64,000 nt of DNA from an uncultured Acidobacteriota bacterium (lineage in GTDB: Bacteria; Acidobacteriota; UBA6911). The notes under the pieces were generated by a model. That model was given only the letters and a program-made list of their open reading frames with translations, searched no databases and was not told the origin of the DNA. Numbering within the stretch: position 1 is the stretch's first letter; the number at the start of each line of letters is the position of its first letter. Of the stretch, positions 52,748-63,650 are shown one piece after another. The DNA lies in assembly GCA_963809485.1 (NCBI GenBank), contig CAWEJX010000007.1, positions 576,001 to 640,000 on the forward strand, in the 5' to 3' direction. Position numbers and translations under genes: made by a program.

Positions 52748-53887
52748 ATGGCAGGAGGTGCCGTCACGGAATCCTCTCGGGATGGTGGTGAGTTGCCGCT
52801 GATCCGCACTCTGACGCGAGACACGCGCTGGATCTTCGGCGAGGCTCGGCGGGGAGCCTTGCGCCGCGCAGTCGCGCGGACGTTCGAGGATCTGAAAGGC
52901 TTCTATCTCTCCGAGGAAAGGCAGCATCGGCTCGCCGGCATGGGCCGGGTCCGGCGCTGGCTGTACCTCGGCGCCTGGCTGCTCAAGAGCCTTTTTATGA
53001 ACCTCACCCCCGGGCGGCGGGTGCTGCTAGCGCTAGTGGTGCTCCTGCTCTTTGTCCGCGCACGGTGGGGCGGCCGCGGGCTCTCGCTGCAGATTGACTT
53101 CGGCGGCCTCGCGGTCGGCTTGCTGCTATTGCTGCTCATGCTCGAGCTGAAGGACAAGTTGGTGGCCAGGAGCGAGCTGCAGGCGGGCCGTATCATGCAA
53201 CAGGCGCTGCTGCCCAAGGAGGCACCGCGGGTCGCGGGCTGGGACGTTTGGATCTCGACCCAACCCGCGAATGAGGTGGGCGGCGACCTGATCGACTTCG
53301 TAACCCACGAGGACGGCCGCGTAGGGCTCGTGTTGGCTGACGTGTGCGGCAAGGGACTGCCGGCGGCCCTGCTGATGGCTCGGCTCCAGGCGACACTTCT
53401 GGCCTTCGTCCCGGAACTGCCCTCCCTCTCGGAGCTCGCCTCCAAGCTGCACAAGGTGTTCCCCAAGCTGGGCCTGGAGAACCGCTTTGCGACCCTCGTT
53501 TACCTGGTAATCGAGCCGGGATCGTCGCGGATCCGTTTAGTGAACGCTGGGCACATGCCTCCGCTGGTCGTCGGACCGGGTCAGGTCCAGCCGCTCCCTG
53601 CAGGCGGCCCTGCGCTCGGAATCCCTACGGCGGCGATGTACGAGGAGCAATCGGTCGATCTGGGTGCGGACCAGACCATGGTGGTGTACTCGGACGGCGT
53701 GACCGAGGCTCTGAACGAGGGCGACGCGTTCTTCGGCGACGAGCGGCTGCTGGCCAGCCTCTGCAAGACTGCCGGGCGCCCCGCCGCGGAGGTTGCGCAC
53801 CAGCTCCTCGGGGCGGTCGAGGACTTCGTCGGCGAGGCACGCCGGCACGACGATGTCTCGCTCGTGGTCGTGAGACGCGCGGGCTGA
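52748..53887 (+). CDS. SpoIIE/RsbU-type PP2C phosphatase with N-terminal TM segments
   Basis: VGGDLID, LADVCGKG, NAGH, YSDGVTE, DDVSL. Confidence 0.92.
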   Translation: MAGGAVTESSRDGGELPLIRTLTRDTRWIFGEARRGALRRAVARTFEDLKGFYLSEERQHRLAGMGRVRRWLYLGAWLLKSLFMNLTPGRRVLLALVVLLLFVRARWGGRGLSLQIDFGGLAVGLLLLLLMLELKDKLVARSELQAGRIMQQALLPKEAPRVAGWDVWISTQPANEVGGDLIDFVTHEDGRVGLVLADVCGKGLPAALLMARLQATLLAFVPELPSLSELASKLHKVFPKLGLENRFATLVYLVIEPGSSRIRLVNAGHMPPLVVGPGQVQPLPAGGPALGIPTAAMYEEQSVDLGADQTMVVYSDGVTEALNEGDAFFGDERLLASLCKTAGRPAAEVAHQLLGAVEDFVGEARRHDDVSLVVVRRAG

Positions 53888-54884
53888 AAATCTCTATCTC
53901 CGAAGACAGCTTGCCCTCTTTGCGGAACGGGAGGTAAAGGCGCGACGTGCCGATGACGGTACTCGTCTCACCTTGGTGCTCCTTTCCCGGTTTTTTGCCT
54001 GGAAGGATGCTTTGGTCATTGTAAATCCGGAAACCCTGATTAGCTGGCATCGGAAAGGATTCCGTCTCTTTTGGCGTTGGAAGAGCAAAAGACGAGGCCG
54101 GCCACGGCTACCGATTGAACTTCAGCAGCTTATCTCTCAAATGGCTGAACACAATGCAACGTGGGGTGAAGAGCGCATCGCCGATGAGCTTCTATTGAAA
54201 CTTGGAATCCATGTGTCACCGCGTACGGTAAGGCGATATATGCCTAATGGCACAGGGCCTGGAAATCGGCTTTCCTCTCAACGGTGGACAACCTTTGTCC
54301 ATAACTATGCAAAATCTATTCTGGCTTCCGAATTTTTATTAACAGTAACGGCAAGCTTCCGAATCCTATATGTCTTTGTGATTATGGAAATAGCGACACG
54401 GAAGATTGTGCATTTCAATGTTACAGATCATCCCACTGCGGAATGGATGCTGCAGCAGTTCCGCGAGGTTATCCAAGAGAAGGAAGTGCCACGCTTTTTG
54501 ATCCATGACCGGGATAGCATTTATTCTACGGAACTGGATCTAGCCATCCAATCGATGGGCTTCAAGATTCTGAAAACGCCCGTGCGGTCACCAACAGCGA
54601 ACGCTTATTGTGAAAGATTAATCGGCACTATCCGGAGGGAATGCTTGGATTTCATGATTCCGCTGAATGAAAGGCATTTACGACGGCTTCTTTCAGAATG
54701 GGTGGTTCACTACAACCAGGGCCGCCCACACTCGAGTCTAGGCCCAGGGATTCCCGATGCTTCCGATGTCTTGCCGGTTGAAGAGCCTTCCAGACATGAG
54801 ATTTCGTATGATCATCGAGTGATTGCCAAATCTGTCTTGGGCGGGCTGTATCATGAATATCGACTTGAAAAGCTTGCAGCTTGA
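53883..54884 (+). mobile_element. 5'-truncated rve integrase-core (DDE) transposase
   Basis: AENLYLRRQL...GRP...WG..RI...LIHDRD...SPTANAYCERLIGTIRRECLD...GGLYHEY; the frame is closed upstream by TGA at 53871. Confidence 0.88.
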
Positions 54885-55113
54885 GAATTGGGCAGTATGA
54901 GATCTATATCATTCGCTATTTTTTACGGATGACACCTACCAGGAGCAGTCCGGTAGCTGAAATGCTGCATCAGGTTGCCCTTCCTTACATGAGCGGATAC
55001 CCTACGGGCACAATGGCGCATGATCTCATTGTCGACAAACGGGCTTTTTGCTAAGTTTAGTGCAGGTTCTTTGATCCCAAGATAGCGTTGGTATTTCGCT
55101 TGGAGAGATATTG

Positions 55114-56259
55114 ATGGAAGGCAAGCTCGTCCTGGAACGCCGCGATCTCGACAGTGTATTCCTGTCTTTGCATTCGAACGGATATGCAGTCATCGGTCCA
55201 AGTATTGTCGACGATGCGGTCGTATACACGAGCTTGAATTCTCCAAACGAGCTGCCCGCGGGCTGGACCGATGAGCAGAACGGCGGAACATATCGGCTAA
55301 AGCGAAGAGATGACGAAGCGCTATTCGGTTATTCGGCCGCGCCTCAATCATGGAAGAAATTTCTCTTTCCTCCAACCCTCTGTCTCTGGAAATCATGTCA
55401 AACCGAGGAGAGCTTGCAGTTTTCAGCTCCGCAAGAGCCTCGGCAAAAAATGGCCTTTTTCGGTATACGAGCCTGCGAACTCAAAGCCATTGCCATACAG
55501 GATGGAATTTTCCTTCATGGGCCGTATGCCGACCCTTCCTACTCCCTGCTTCGAGGCAATACTCTGATCATTGCAGTCCAATGTTGCACGGCAGGCGGCA
55601 CCTGCTTCTGTGCCTCGATGGGGGCCGGACCCAGAGTGACCCACGGATTTGATTTGTCGCTCACGGAAATCATCGAACCCGGCCGACACTATTTTCTTAT
55701 TGAAGCAGGAAGCGAGAGCGGCGCGCGGATACTCGAGCCGATTCCCTGTCAGCCTGCGCGCGCTGATGAGATCGAAAAGTCAGAGCGCCTCCTGGCCGGA
55801 ACCGAGTCAAGAATGGGCCGCGTTCTGGACACATCGGATATCCAAGGACTGTTGTATCGCAATTACGAACACCCGCGCTGGATGGAAGTTTCGCGGCGCT
55901 GTCTCACCTGCACAAACTGTACGATTGTTTGCCCCACTTGCTTTTGCGCCGGCGTGGAGGATAGGACCGATTTAACGGGCCATAACGCCGAGCGTTGGAG
56001 AAGGTGGGATTCCTGCTTTACTATGGACCATTCCTACATCCATGGCGGAAGCGTTCGTTCCTCCGGGACCTCGCGCTACCGCCAATGGATGACACATAAG
56101 CTTGCGACATGGATTGACCAGTTTGGCGGCTCCGGTTGCGTCGGTTGTGGACGTTGCATCACTTGGTGCCCCGTCGGAATTGACATTACCGAGGAAGCAG
56201 CTGCAATCCGCTTGAGTGGTAATTTCGGCAGATCACTTTTTGGCAAAAGAGGAGAATAG
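55114..56259 (+). CDS. Group 3b hydrogenase (sulfhydrogenase) beta subunit, 4Fe-4S
   Basis: [34 protein letters not shown]. Confidence 0.92.
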   Translation: MEGKLVLERRDLDSVFLSLHSNGYAVIGPSIVDDAVVYTSLNSPNELPAGWTDEQNGGTYRLKRRDDEALFGYSAAPQSWKKFLFPPTLCLWKSCQTEESLQFSAPQEPRQKMAFFGIRACELKAIAIQDGIFLHGPYADPSYSLLRGNTLIIAVQCCTAGGTCFCASMGAGPRVTHGFDLSLTEIIEPGRHYFLIEAGSESGARILEPIPCQPARADEIEKSERLLAGTESRMGRVLDTSDIQGLLYRNYEHPRWMEVSRRCLTCTNCTIVCPTCFCAGVEDRTDLTGHNAERWRRWDSCFTMDHSYIHGGSVRSSGTSRYRQWMTHKLATWIDQFGGSGCVGCGRCITWCPVGIDITEEAAAIRLSGNFGRSLFGKRGE

Positions 56260-56261
56260 CC

Positions 56262-56717
56262 ATGCAAACTCTTGAGCCTATTTTGGCACAACAGCCGTTT
56301 TTGCAGAACCTCGACTCGGAGCACTTGCAGCTCCTGGTCGGATGCGCTTCCAACGTTCGCTATGAAGCCGGGCAATTTCTGCTCCGCGAGGGGGAGGAGG
56401 CCAATGAGTTTTTCATCATCCGGAGCGGCAAAGTCGCTATTGAGATTTACTCTCCGGAACGCGGCCCGATCAACATCGAGACCCTTGGAGAGGGCGATGT
56501 GCTCGGCTGGTCCTGGCTGGTGTCTCCTTACCTGTGGCGTTTTGATGCGCGGGCGATAGAGCTGACCCGTGCCCTGGTTTTAGATGGCAAATGCTTGCGC
56601 GGTAAATGTGAAAGCGACCACCATCTGGGATACGCACTGCTGAACCGATTCGCGCATATTATCGATCGCAGGTTGCAGGCAACCCGAATCCAACTACTCG
56701 ATATCTACCGTGCATGA
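56262..56717 (+). CDS. Stand-alone cyclic-nucleotide-binding domain protein
   Basis: [28 protein letters not shown]; no HTH. Confidence 0.9.
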   Translation: MQTLEPILAQQPFLQNLDSEHLQLLVGCASNVRYEAGQFLLREGEEANEFFIIRSGKVAIEIYSPERGPINIETLGEGDVLGWSWLVSPYLWRFDARAIELTRALVLDGKCLRGKCESDHHLGYALLNRFAHIIDRRLQATRIQLLDIYRA

Positions 56718-57570
56718 GGAAAAGCTTAGGATGAAAGACCGGGCGCCGGAGCCGATGCTACCCGAACCTTTTCGCATCGAGCGAATACTGAAAGAAACCG
56801 GAGACACTTTTACCTTTGAACTGGAACCCGCAAACGGTGCCGCGGGCGCTGCTTTTTCCGCCGGGCAATTCAATATGCTCTATATATTCGGGATTGGGGA
56901 GGTCCCTATCTCGATAAGCGGGGATCCGGGCAAATCCGGCCGTATGGTTCACACCATAAGAGCCGTCGGCGCCGTAACCAAAGTAATGCGGGCATTGAAA
57001 CGCGGCAGCGTGATTGGCCTGCGCGGGCCTTACGGTAAAGGATGGCCAATTGAAGAGTCACGCGGCAACGACATCATAATCATTGGAGGCGGCATTGGGC
57101 TTGCCCCGCTGAGGCCGGCTTTGTACCGACTGATTTCCGAAAGGGAAAAGTACGGCCGCGTCATCCTGCTTTATGGCACGCGCACGCCCGCGGACATACT
57201 TTTTCACAACGAGTTGGAGCGCTGGCGCGGGCGTCTCGATCTTGATGTTGAGGTAACCGTTGACCGGGCAAACATATCCTGGCGCGGACACGTGGGAGTC
57301 GTCACGACTCTTATTCCCAAAGCTTCCTTTGATCCTCTGCAAACGACCGCTTTTATCTGCGGCCCCGAGATAATGATGCGCTTTACCGTGTTGGAACTCG
57401 AAAGGAGAGGAATCCCTTCGGAGAATATCTATTTATCGCTGGAGCGCAGTATGAAGTGCGGCATTGGACTCTGCGGGCACTGCCAGTTGGGACCCTACTT
57501 CATCTGCAAGGATGGCCCGGTGTTCTGTTATAACAAGGTCAAGAGCTTAATCGCATTGCGGGAAATCTAG
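56710..57570 (+). CDS. Group 3b hydrogenase gamma subunit (FAD/NAD-binding, 2Fe-2S)
   Basis: [37 protein letters not shown]. Confidence 0.92.
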   Translation: MHEEKLRMKDRAPEPMLPEPFRIERILKETGDTFTFELEPANGAAGAAFSAGQFNMLYIFGIGEVPISISGDPGKSGRMVHTIRAVGAVTKVMRALKRGSVIGLRGPYGKGWPIEESRGNDIIIIGGGIGLAPLRPALYRLISEREKYGRVILLYGTRTPADILFHNELERWRGRLDLDVEVTVDRANISWRGHVGVVTTLIPKASFDPLQTTAFICGPEIMMRFTVLELERRGIPSENIYLSLERSMKCGIGLCGHCQLGPYFICKDGPVFCYNKVKSLIALREI

Positions 57571-57571
57571 C

Positions 57572-58351
57572 ATGCCTCGAGCAAAAAAACCCAAGCTGGC
57601 CTTCTGGAAATTTGCATCCTGTGACGGCTGCCAGATGACGCTTCTCGATTGTGAAGACGAGTTGCTTGCTGTTGCGAGTGAAATTGAAATCGCTAATTTT
57701 GCCGAAGCCACGAGCACCTTTATAAAGGGGCCCTACGACATTTCAATTGTCGAGGGATCCATTACCACACCCCAAGAGGAGGAGCGTATACACCGCATTC
57801 GCCGCTCATCCAAGTTCCTGGTGACCATTGGGGCATGCGCCTCCAGCGGAGGGATACAGTCTCTGCGCAATTTTAAAAACGTCCAGGAGTTTGTTTCTAT
57901 AGTCTATGCGACCCCGGCATACATTGAGACGCTCAACAAATCCACGCCGATGAAAGATCATATTCCTGTGGATTTCGAGCTACAGGGGTGTCCTCCGAAC
58001 AAATATCAGCTTCTGGAAGTGCTATCGGCATACCTGCATGGGCGGAAGCCGATCACTCCTCCCTATAGCCTGTGTCTCGATTGCAAGAGCCAAGGTATTG
58101 TCTGCGTCATGGTTGCCAACGGTATTCCTTGTATGGGCCCGGTAACCCATGCGGGCTGCGGCGCCCTATGCCCCTCGTATCGCCGCGGATGCTATAGTTG
58201 TTTCGGACCTAAGGAAACACCCAACACGGGCTCGCTGAGCGCATGGTTCAGCTCGCTGGGAAGGTCGAACCAGGATATTATCCGGTCTTTCCGCAGCTAC
58301 TATGGGTGGACTGAACCTTTTAGAAAAGAGAGTGAAGCGCTTGAGAAATAG
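57572..58351 (+). CDS. Group 3b hydrogenase small (delta) subunit
   Basis: SCDGCQ, VEGS, GACA, GCPP, C-terminal Cys cluster. Confidence 0.92.
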   Translation: MPRAKKPKLAFWKFASCDGCQMTLLDCEDELLAVASEIEIANFAEATSTFIKGPYDISIVEGSITTPQEEERIHRIRRSSKFLVTIGACASSGGIQSLRNFKNVQEFVSIVYATPAYIETLNKSTPMKDHIPVDFELQGCPPNKYQLLEVLSAYLHGRKPITPPYSLCLDCKSQGIVCVMVANGIPCMGPVTHAGCGALCPSYRRGCYSCFGPKETPNTGSLSAWFSSLGRSNQDIIRSFRSYYGWTEPFRKESEALEK

Positions 58352-58465
58352 GCAGACGGGCGTGAATATGAGGCGCGCGACAAAGTGCAACACTGCACGG
58401 GCGACCGGCCGCTCGCCCGTCGCAGTAGAAGGCTTGTGAGCAGTGCGCTTTTAAAGGCAAATTGC

Positions 58466-59752
58466 ATGAAAACCGTTAGCATCAAGATAGATTACCTTAC
58501 GCGGGTGGAAGGTGAAGGCGCACTGCGCGTCAAGATAAAGGAAGGCGCAGTGGAGGATGTGCAGTTACGGATCTTCGAGCCGCCGCGCATGTTCGAAGCA
58601 TTTATGCGCGGCCGCCACGCCTTTGAAGCTCCCGACCTTGCAGCGCGGATCTGCGGCATCTGCCCGATCGCCTATCAAATGAGCGCAGTCCATGCCGTGG
58701 AAGACGCTTTTGGACTGAAGATCGACGGCCCAATCCGCAATTTGCGCCGGCTGATTTACTGCGGGGAGTGGATTGAAAGCCATGCGCTGAGTATTTATAT
58801 GCTACACGCGCCCGACTTTCTGGGTTATCCCGGCGCTTTGGAAATGGCTGGGAAATATCCCGAGGCTCTGAATCGCGGCTTGCAGCTGAAAAAAACAGGA
58901 AACGAAATCGTCGCGCTCCTGGGCGGACGCGAAATCCACCCCATTAATGTCCGCGTTGGAGGTTTTTATCGGTCACCGGCCAAGCGCGATCTAGCAAAGC
59001 TCGCCGAACGCCTTAAATGGGCTCGAGAAGCAGCGCTTGAAACCAGCCGCTGGGTTTCAGCCTTTGAGTTTCCGGATTGCGAGCGAGATTACGAGTTCGT
59101 TGCGCTCTCACATCCGAGCGAATACCCGCTGAATGAGGGGCGCATGGTCTCTAATAAAGGTCTGGATATTGAGGCGTCCCGATTCGACGACTACTTTGCA
59201 GAGGAGCACGTAAAACACTCTACGGCACTTCACTCGGCGATTATCCAGCGAGGGTCCTATTTCGTAGGTCCGCTGGCCCGTTTCAATCTCAATTTTGACA
59301 AGCTGTCCCCTCTTGCGCGCGAGGCCGCCGAGGCTGCCGGAATGAAGCCTCCCTGCCACAATCCTTTCCGCAGCATTATCGCGCGCGCTGTTGAAATTCT
59401 ACACAGCTGCGATGAAGCGCTGCGCTTGATCGAAAACTTTGAAATGCCGGAAAAGCCCGCGGCGGAAGTTCAGATTCGAGAAGGCATAGGATACGCCTGC
59501 ACCGAAGCCCCCCGCGGCGTTTTGTATCACCGCTACCGCATCGACAACGAGGGCAACCTTCTCGACGCCAGGATAGTGCCGCCAACCTCGCAAAATCAGA
59601 AGTCCATCGAAGAAGATCTGCGGCAGTTCATCCCCAGGTATTCGAATCTGCCAAAAGAGAAGATCACGGCATTTTGCGAGCATGCAATACGTAACTATGA
59701 TCCGTGCATCTCCTGCTCCACGCACGTGATCAAAATCTGGAATTCCATATGA
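58466..59752 (+). CDS. Group 3b NiFe hydrogenase large (alpha) subunit
   Basis: TRVEG, L1 RICGIC, EAPRG, L2 DPCISCSTH. Confidence 0.95.
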   Translation: MKTVSIKIDYLTRVEGEGALRVKIKEGAVEDVQLRIFEPPRMFEAFMRGRHAFEAPDLAARICGICPIAYQMSAVHAVEDAFGLKIDGPIRNLRRLIYCGEWIESHALSIYMLHAPDFLGYPGALEMAGKYPEALNRGLQLKKTGNEIVALLGGREIHPINVRVGGFYRSPAKRDLAKLAERLKWAREAALETSRWVSAFEFPDCERDYEFVALSHPSEYPLNEGRMVSNKGLDIEASRFDDYFAEEHVKHSTALHSAIIQRGSYFVGPLARFNLNFDKLSPLAREAAEAAGMKPPCHNPFRSIIARAVEILHSCDEALRLIENFEMPEKPAAEVQIREGIGYACTEAPRGVLYHRYRIDNEGNLLDARIVPPTSQNQKSIEEDLRQFIPRYSNLPKEKITAFCEHAIRNYDPCISCSTHVIKIWNSI

Positions 59753-60044
59753 TTCGAGATCGAGAATTTTCAGCTTGAGCCGCAGAAACTATCTGCTTTC
59801 AGCAGAAGTGTGGGGAAATTCCCGTATGGTGAATATTCTTCGCCGTGGATCAAATGCGCTATTTCCGCAGGTTGTCATCAGAATGGCGGGACCTGTTCGG
59901 CCGATCTCAATAGACTGACGGACGAATTCTGGATACTGGGGAGGAAAAGGACCGGATTAACCATTTGGTTCCTCGGCCATGCATGGACGGCTGTGCACAC
60001 GATCAGGCTGCTCCCGAACGGCTTCCGTGATGAATCGACCGAGG

Positions 60045-60296
60045 TCATGCAGCTTCGCGGAAATAGTAACGCTGCAGTCCACCGAGCCGTTGCCGGCACA
60101 CGACCTCACCGGCCCTCTCGCCGACTTCCCTCCCAGGAATCAGCAGCCGGTTGCCCACCCCCTGATGGTTGCGCTCCGTAAGAAAATGATCCACATAGCT
60201 TACTGTGGCGGCATGGAGCGATTTCTCTCCGAAGAAGATCATGCGCTCCAGGCACTCCTCCTTCAGGCTTCGCATGAACCGCTCAATGTGCGCACT
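60045..60296 (-). pseudogene. rve/DDE transposase, 3' part (interrupted)
   Basis: AHIERFMRSLKEECL...ERNHQG...RLGGLQRYY. Confidence 0.88.
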
Positions 60297-60646
60297 GGAA
60301 AAAGCCATCAACTGCGAAGTATTCGACAGAACCGCAACGATTTTTCACAGTAACGCATCCCTTCCATCCTCTTCATAACCGCCGGTTCGAGCTGGTTGCT
60401 TGTAGGCCAGCCTGGGGTGAGTCCAGAGTGTACTTCTACAACGAAGAGAATTGCCTTATAGCGATACCAACTGCATGGACCGATGCGGCAGCGCCGGATC
60501 CGTTCGTAGCCATTGCAGCGGGCAGGGCCTGCTTCCGCACGGAAGATCTCATTCAGCTCGCAGAGCTGGTGACGTTCTGTAAAAGCAAAATGCCCAAGAA
60601 AAGAGTCCGCGCAACATCTGTAAAGGAAAAGACGCCGCATGTGTAA
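60293..60646 (+). CDS. DUF5372/Y4bD-like protein, lacking its start in the integrated state
   Basis: Frame open from the junction: HWKKPST...VTHPFHPL...WGESRVYF...IPTAWTD...DPFV..AAGRACFR..DL. Confidence 0.75.
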   Translation, partial: HWKKPSTAKYSTEPQRFFTVTHPFHPLHNRRFELVACRPAWGESRVYFYNEENCLIAIPTAWTDAAAPDPFVAIAAGRACFRTEDLIQLAELVTFCKSKMPKKRVRATSVKEKTPHV

Positions 60647-60794
60647 GAGTAATATCGCCGCATATCCGTTGTGCGCATCTGCAAACATTATTGATGGTAT
60701 GCGCATGATATGCTTGATAACGGCTAGCGTACGGTTGATGTCAACACGATTATCCTTGACATGCGGAGAGGAATAAGGCGTATATATTATTACA

Positions 60795-61265
60795 ATGAAA
60801 AAACAATTGCGCACAGCCGACCCAAAGATAAAAGCACTGAAACAGCAAGGAACCCTGAATCCTCATCCCGAACGGGTAACCGATTCACTCTTCCTCGAAA
60901 GCGAATTCTTCAATGCACGTGACGTAGTTCAGGTCAAGTACGAGATGCTGCGGCGGGTCGAAGCCGAGGGGAAGTCGGTGACTGCCGCTGCTGCCGCCTT
61001 CGGCCTCTCACGGCCAGCATTTTACCAAGCTCAGTCAATCCTGCGGCAAGATGGCCTTCCCGGGCTCATCCCCAAAAAACGGGGTCCCCGAAGTGGTCAT
61101 AAGCTTAGCGAAGAAGTCGTCGATTACATTGAGGCGGCCCGGGCTGCAAGCCAATCACCAACTGTTTCGGAGTTGATTTCCCTGGTCACCGAGCGCTTTG
61201 GCATTAAAGTTCACCGTCGCACCGTTGAGCGCGCCCTGCGCCGGCGGGAAAAAAAACAGCTATGA
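60795..61265 (+). CDS. Helix-turn-helix domain protein
   Basis: GTLNPHPERV...QVKYEMLR...FGLSRPAFYQ...GLPGLIPKKRGP...HRRTVERAL. Confidence 0.85.
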   Translation: MKKQLRTADPKIKALKQQGTLNPHPERVTDSLFLESEFFNARDVVQVKYEMLRRVEAEGKSVTAAAAAFGLSRPAFYQAQSILRQDGLPGLIPKKRGPRSGHKLSEEVVDYIEAARAASQSPTVSELISLVTERFGIKVHRRTVERALRRREKKQL

Positions 61266-61579
61266 AAGCCAGAAGGCAAGTTGATCAGGGACCTGATGCA
61301 CTGATGCGGATCAAAACGGCATACGAAAAACTGCGCAAACAGGCAATCGATCAAAGTTGTTGCACTCAAGGAGAACTTGGACTTGCCGTCTTGAAGTATC
61401 AAGGATTGGCGGCATGGATCGATGCGTGGTGGACCTATGCGAGCCCGGTTGTCCCTGAAGGCGCCGACAGCAAAATGGCTGACGACTTCCTTCCTGCGGG
61501 ATTACAGGGCGACATCGTAATGGTACTGTCGAGTATGGTTTTCCATGCGGCATCCACAGAGGTGAGCTATGGCGAGTGA
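61262..61579 (+). CDS. Hypothetical protein of the recombinase element
   Basis: Overlaps both neighbouring genes; YEKLR...GLAAW. Confidence 0.7.
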   Translation: MKARRQVDQGPDALMRIKTAYEKLRKQAIDQSCCTQGELGLAVLKYQGLAAWIDAWWTYASPVVPEGADSKMADDFLPAGLQGDIVMVLSSMVFHAASTEVSYGE

Positions 61580-63650
61580 GGGGAATCAGAAGATCCGGCC
61601 GATCCACGTTCAACGGAATGCCTATTTGTACATACGGCAATCGACGCTCCGACAGGTTTTGGAAAATACTGAAAGTACAAAACGCCAGTATGCCTTGAAG
61701 CAGCGCGCAGTTGCGTTGGGATGGCCCCAGGAGCGTATCATTGTGCTGGATACGGATCTGGGCCAATCAGGCGCAGCCGCTGCAGACCGCGAGGGTTTCC
61801 AAAAATTGGTGACCGAAGTTGGGTTAGGGCATGCAGGCTTGGTGATGGGTTTAGAGGTTTCTCGCCTTGCACGAAATTCGGCCGACTGGCATCGGCTGCT
61901 CGAAATGTGTGCACTGAGCGATACACTCATACTGGACGAGGATGGTATTTACGATCCGGCGCACTTTAATGACCGCCTGCTGCTCGGTCTCAAAGGTACG
62001 ATGAGTGAAGCCGAACTGCACATGCTTCGGGCTCGGCTTTTGGGCGGTATCGTGAATAAGGCACGGCGAGGTGAACTAGAGTGCCCACTTCCCATTGGTT
62101 TCATCTACGATGCAACAGGCAAAGTCGTGATTGATCCCGACCGGCAGGTTCAGGAGAGCATCCGCATGTTCTTCCGGACTTTTCGTCGTACGGGGTCTGC
62201 AACAGCAACAGTGAAAGCGTTTCGAAACAAGGGCCTGCTCTTTCCACGACGAGCCGATAATCATCAGAAGGGAGACTTGGCGTGGGGCCCCCTTTTACTC
62301 CATCGCGCCTTATGGCTGCTGCACAATCCACGCTTTGCGGGAGCATTTTTCTTTGGGCGTACTCGACAGCGCAAGTATGGCTCTAATGTTAGCAGTAGGA
62401 AATTACCGCGGGAGGAATGGATTGCGTTTATTCCCAATGCGCATCCGGGCTACATTTCTTGGGACGAATTCGAACAGAACCAGAAATGCCTGACCGAAAA
62501 CTCGGCGGCCCACGGCACCGACCGCCGCAAGAGCCCGCCAAGAGAAGGTCCTGCTTTGTTACAGGGGTTGGTGATCTGTGGAGTATGCGGCCGGCGTATG
62601 ACGGTTCGTTATCATGGTAGGAGACAAGGACTTCAGCCTGACTATGTGTGCCAGCGCGAAGGGATAGAACGCGGAGAGAGGATTTGCCAGCATATCCCGG
62701 GAGCGAATATCGACGAGGCTGTAGGAGCTCTTCTGGTTGAGGCTGTGAGTCCCATGGCTCTAGAAGTGACGCTGGCAGTGCAGCAGGAATTGCAGACACG
62801 TCTGAGTGAAGCAGACGCACTGCGAAAAAAACACGTCGAGCGAGCTCAGTATGAGGCGGATCTTGCCCGGCGGCGTTTTCTCCGTGTAGATCCAGAGAAC
62901 CGGCTTGTAGCTGCCTCACTTGAGGCTGAGTGGAACGAGAAACTCCGAGTGCTCGATGAGCGACAGCAAGAGTATCAGCGGGAATGCGAAAGGGATCGGA
63001 AGCTCCTTGATGAAAAGACAAGCACGCAGGTTCTTACTCTTGCAAGTGATTTTCCCAAACTCTGGCAAGATCAGCGGACAGAGGACCGCGATCGAAAGCG
63101 AATGTTGCGGCTCTTGATCGAAGATGTGACTCTTATTAGGAACAAAGAAATCAGCGCCAGTGTCCGCTTCCGAGGGGGAGCCACCAGGATACTGACACTG
63201 CCTCTTCCGCCTCCGGCATGGAAGATCCGGCAGACCAGTCCTGAAGTGCTCGCCGAGATCGACCGGCTGCTCGACAACCATACGGACTCGGAGATTTCCG
63301 TGATTCTCACCGAACGCGGATATCGCTCAGGCGAGGGAAAGTCCATTAATCACGCAATGGTCTACCGTCTTTGCCGCGAGTATGCAATGAAAACACGATA
63401 TCAACGACTCCGCGATCTTGGGATGATGACAGTTAATGAGACAGCAGCCAGACTCGATATCAATCCCGGAACGGTCAAGAAGTGGAAACGTGGAGGTTAT
63501 CTACACGCCCACTGGTACAATGACCATTCTTATCTCATCGAACGTCCTGGAAACAATAGGCCGCTTAAGCACAAGAGAAAACCGGGATGCTATCGATCAA
63601 AGGCAGAAAGAGCGACCCAAATTACGCATGAGGTGCAGTATGAAGCATAA
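61569..63650 (+). CDS. Large serine recombinase (resolvase, recombinase, Zn-ribbon, C-terminal HTH)
   Basis: YIRQST catalytic Ser, D.G.SG, EVSRLARN, CGVCG, DPENRLVA..LE..WN, C-terminal EVQYEA; 693 aa. Confidence 0.95.
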   Translation: MASEGNQKIRPIHVQRNAYLYIRQSTLRQVLENTESTKRQYALKQRAVALGWPQERIIVLDTDLGQSGAAAADREGFQKLVTEVGLGHAGLVMGLEVSRLARNSADWHRLLEMCALSDTLILDEDGIYDPAHFNDRLLLGLKGTMSEAELHMLRARLLGGIVNKARRGELECPLPIGFIYDATGKVVIDPDRQVQESIRMFFRTFRRTGSATATVKAFRNKGLLFPRRADNHQKGDLAWGPLLLHRALWLLHNPRFAGAFFFGRTRQRKYGSNVSSRKLPREEWIAFIPNAHPGYISWDEFEQNQKCLTENSAAHGTDRRKSPPREGPALLQGLVICGVCGRRMTVRYHGRRQGLQPDYVCQREGIERGERICQHIPGANIDEAVGALLVEAVSPMALEVTLAVQQELQTRLSEADALRKKHVERAQYEADLARRRFLRVDPENRLVAASLEAEWNEKLRVLDERQQEYQRECERDRKLLDEKTSTQVLTLASDFPKLWQDQRTEDRDRKRMLRLLIEDVTLIRNKEISASVRFRGGATRILTLPLPPPAWKIRQTSPEVLAEIDRLLDNHTDSEISVILTERGYRSGEGKSINHAMVYRLCREYAMKTRYQRLRDLGMMTVNETAARLDINPGTVKKWKRGGYLHAHWYNDHSYLIERPGNNRPLKHKRKPGCYRSKAERATQITHEVQYEA

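Noticed and set aside
55060-55090. FNR/CRP box upstream of the hydrogenase operon
   Set aside because: Only a TTGAT half-site; the matching ATCAA is absent.
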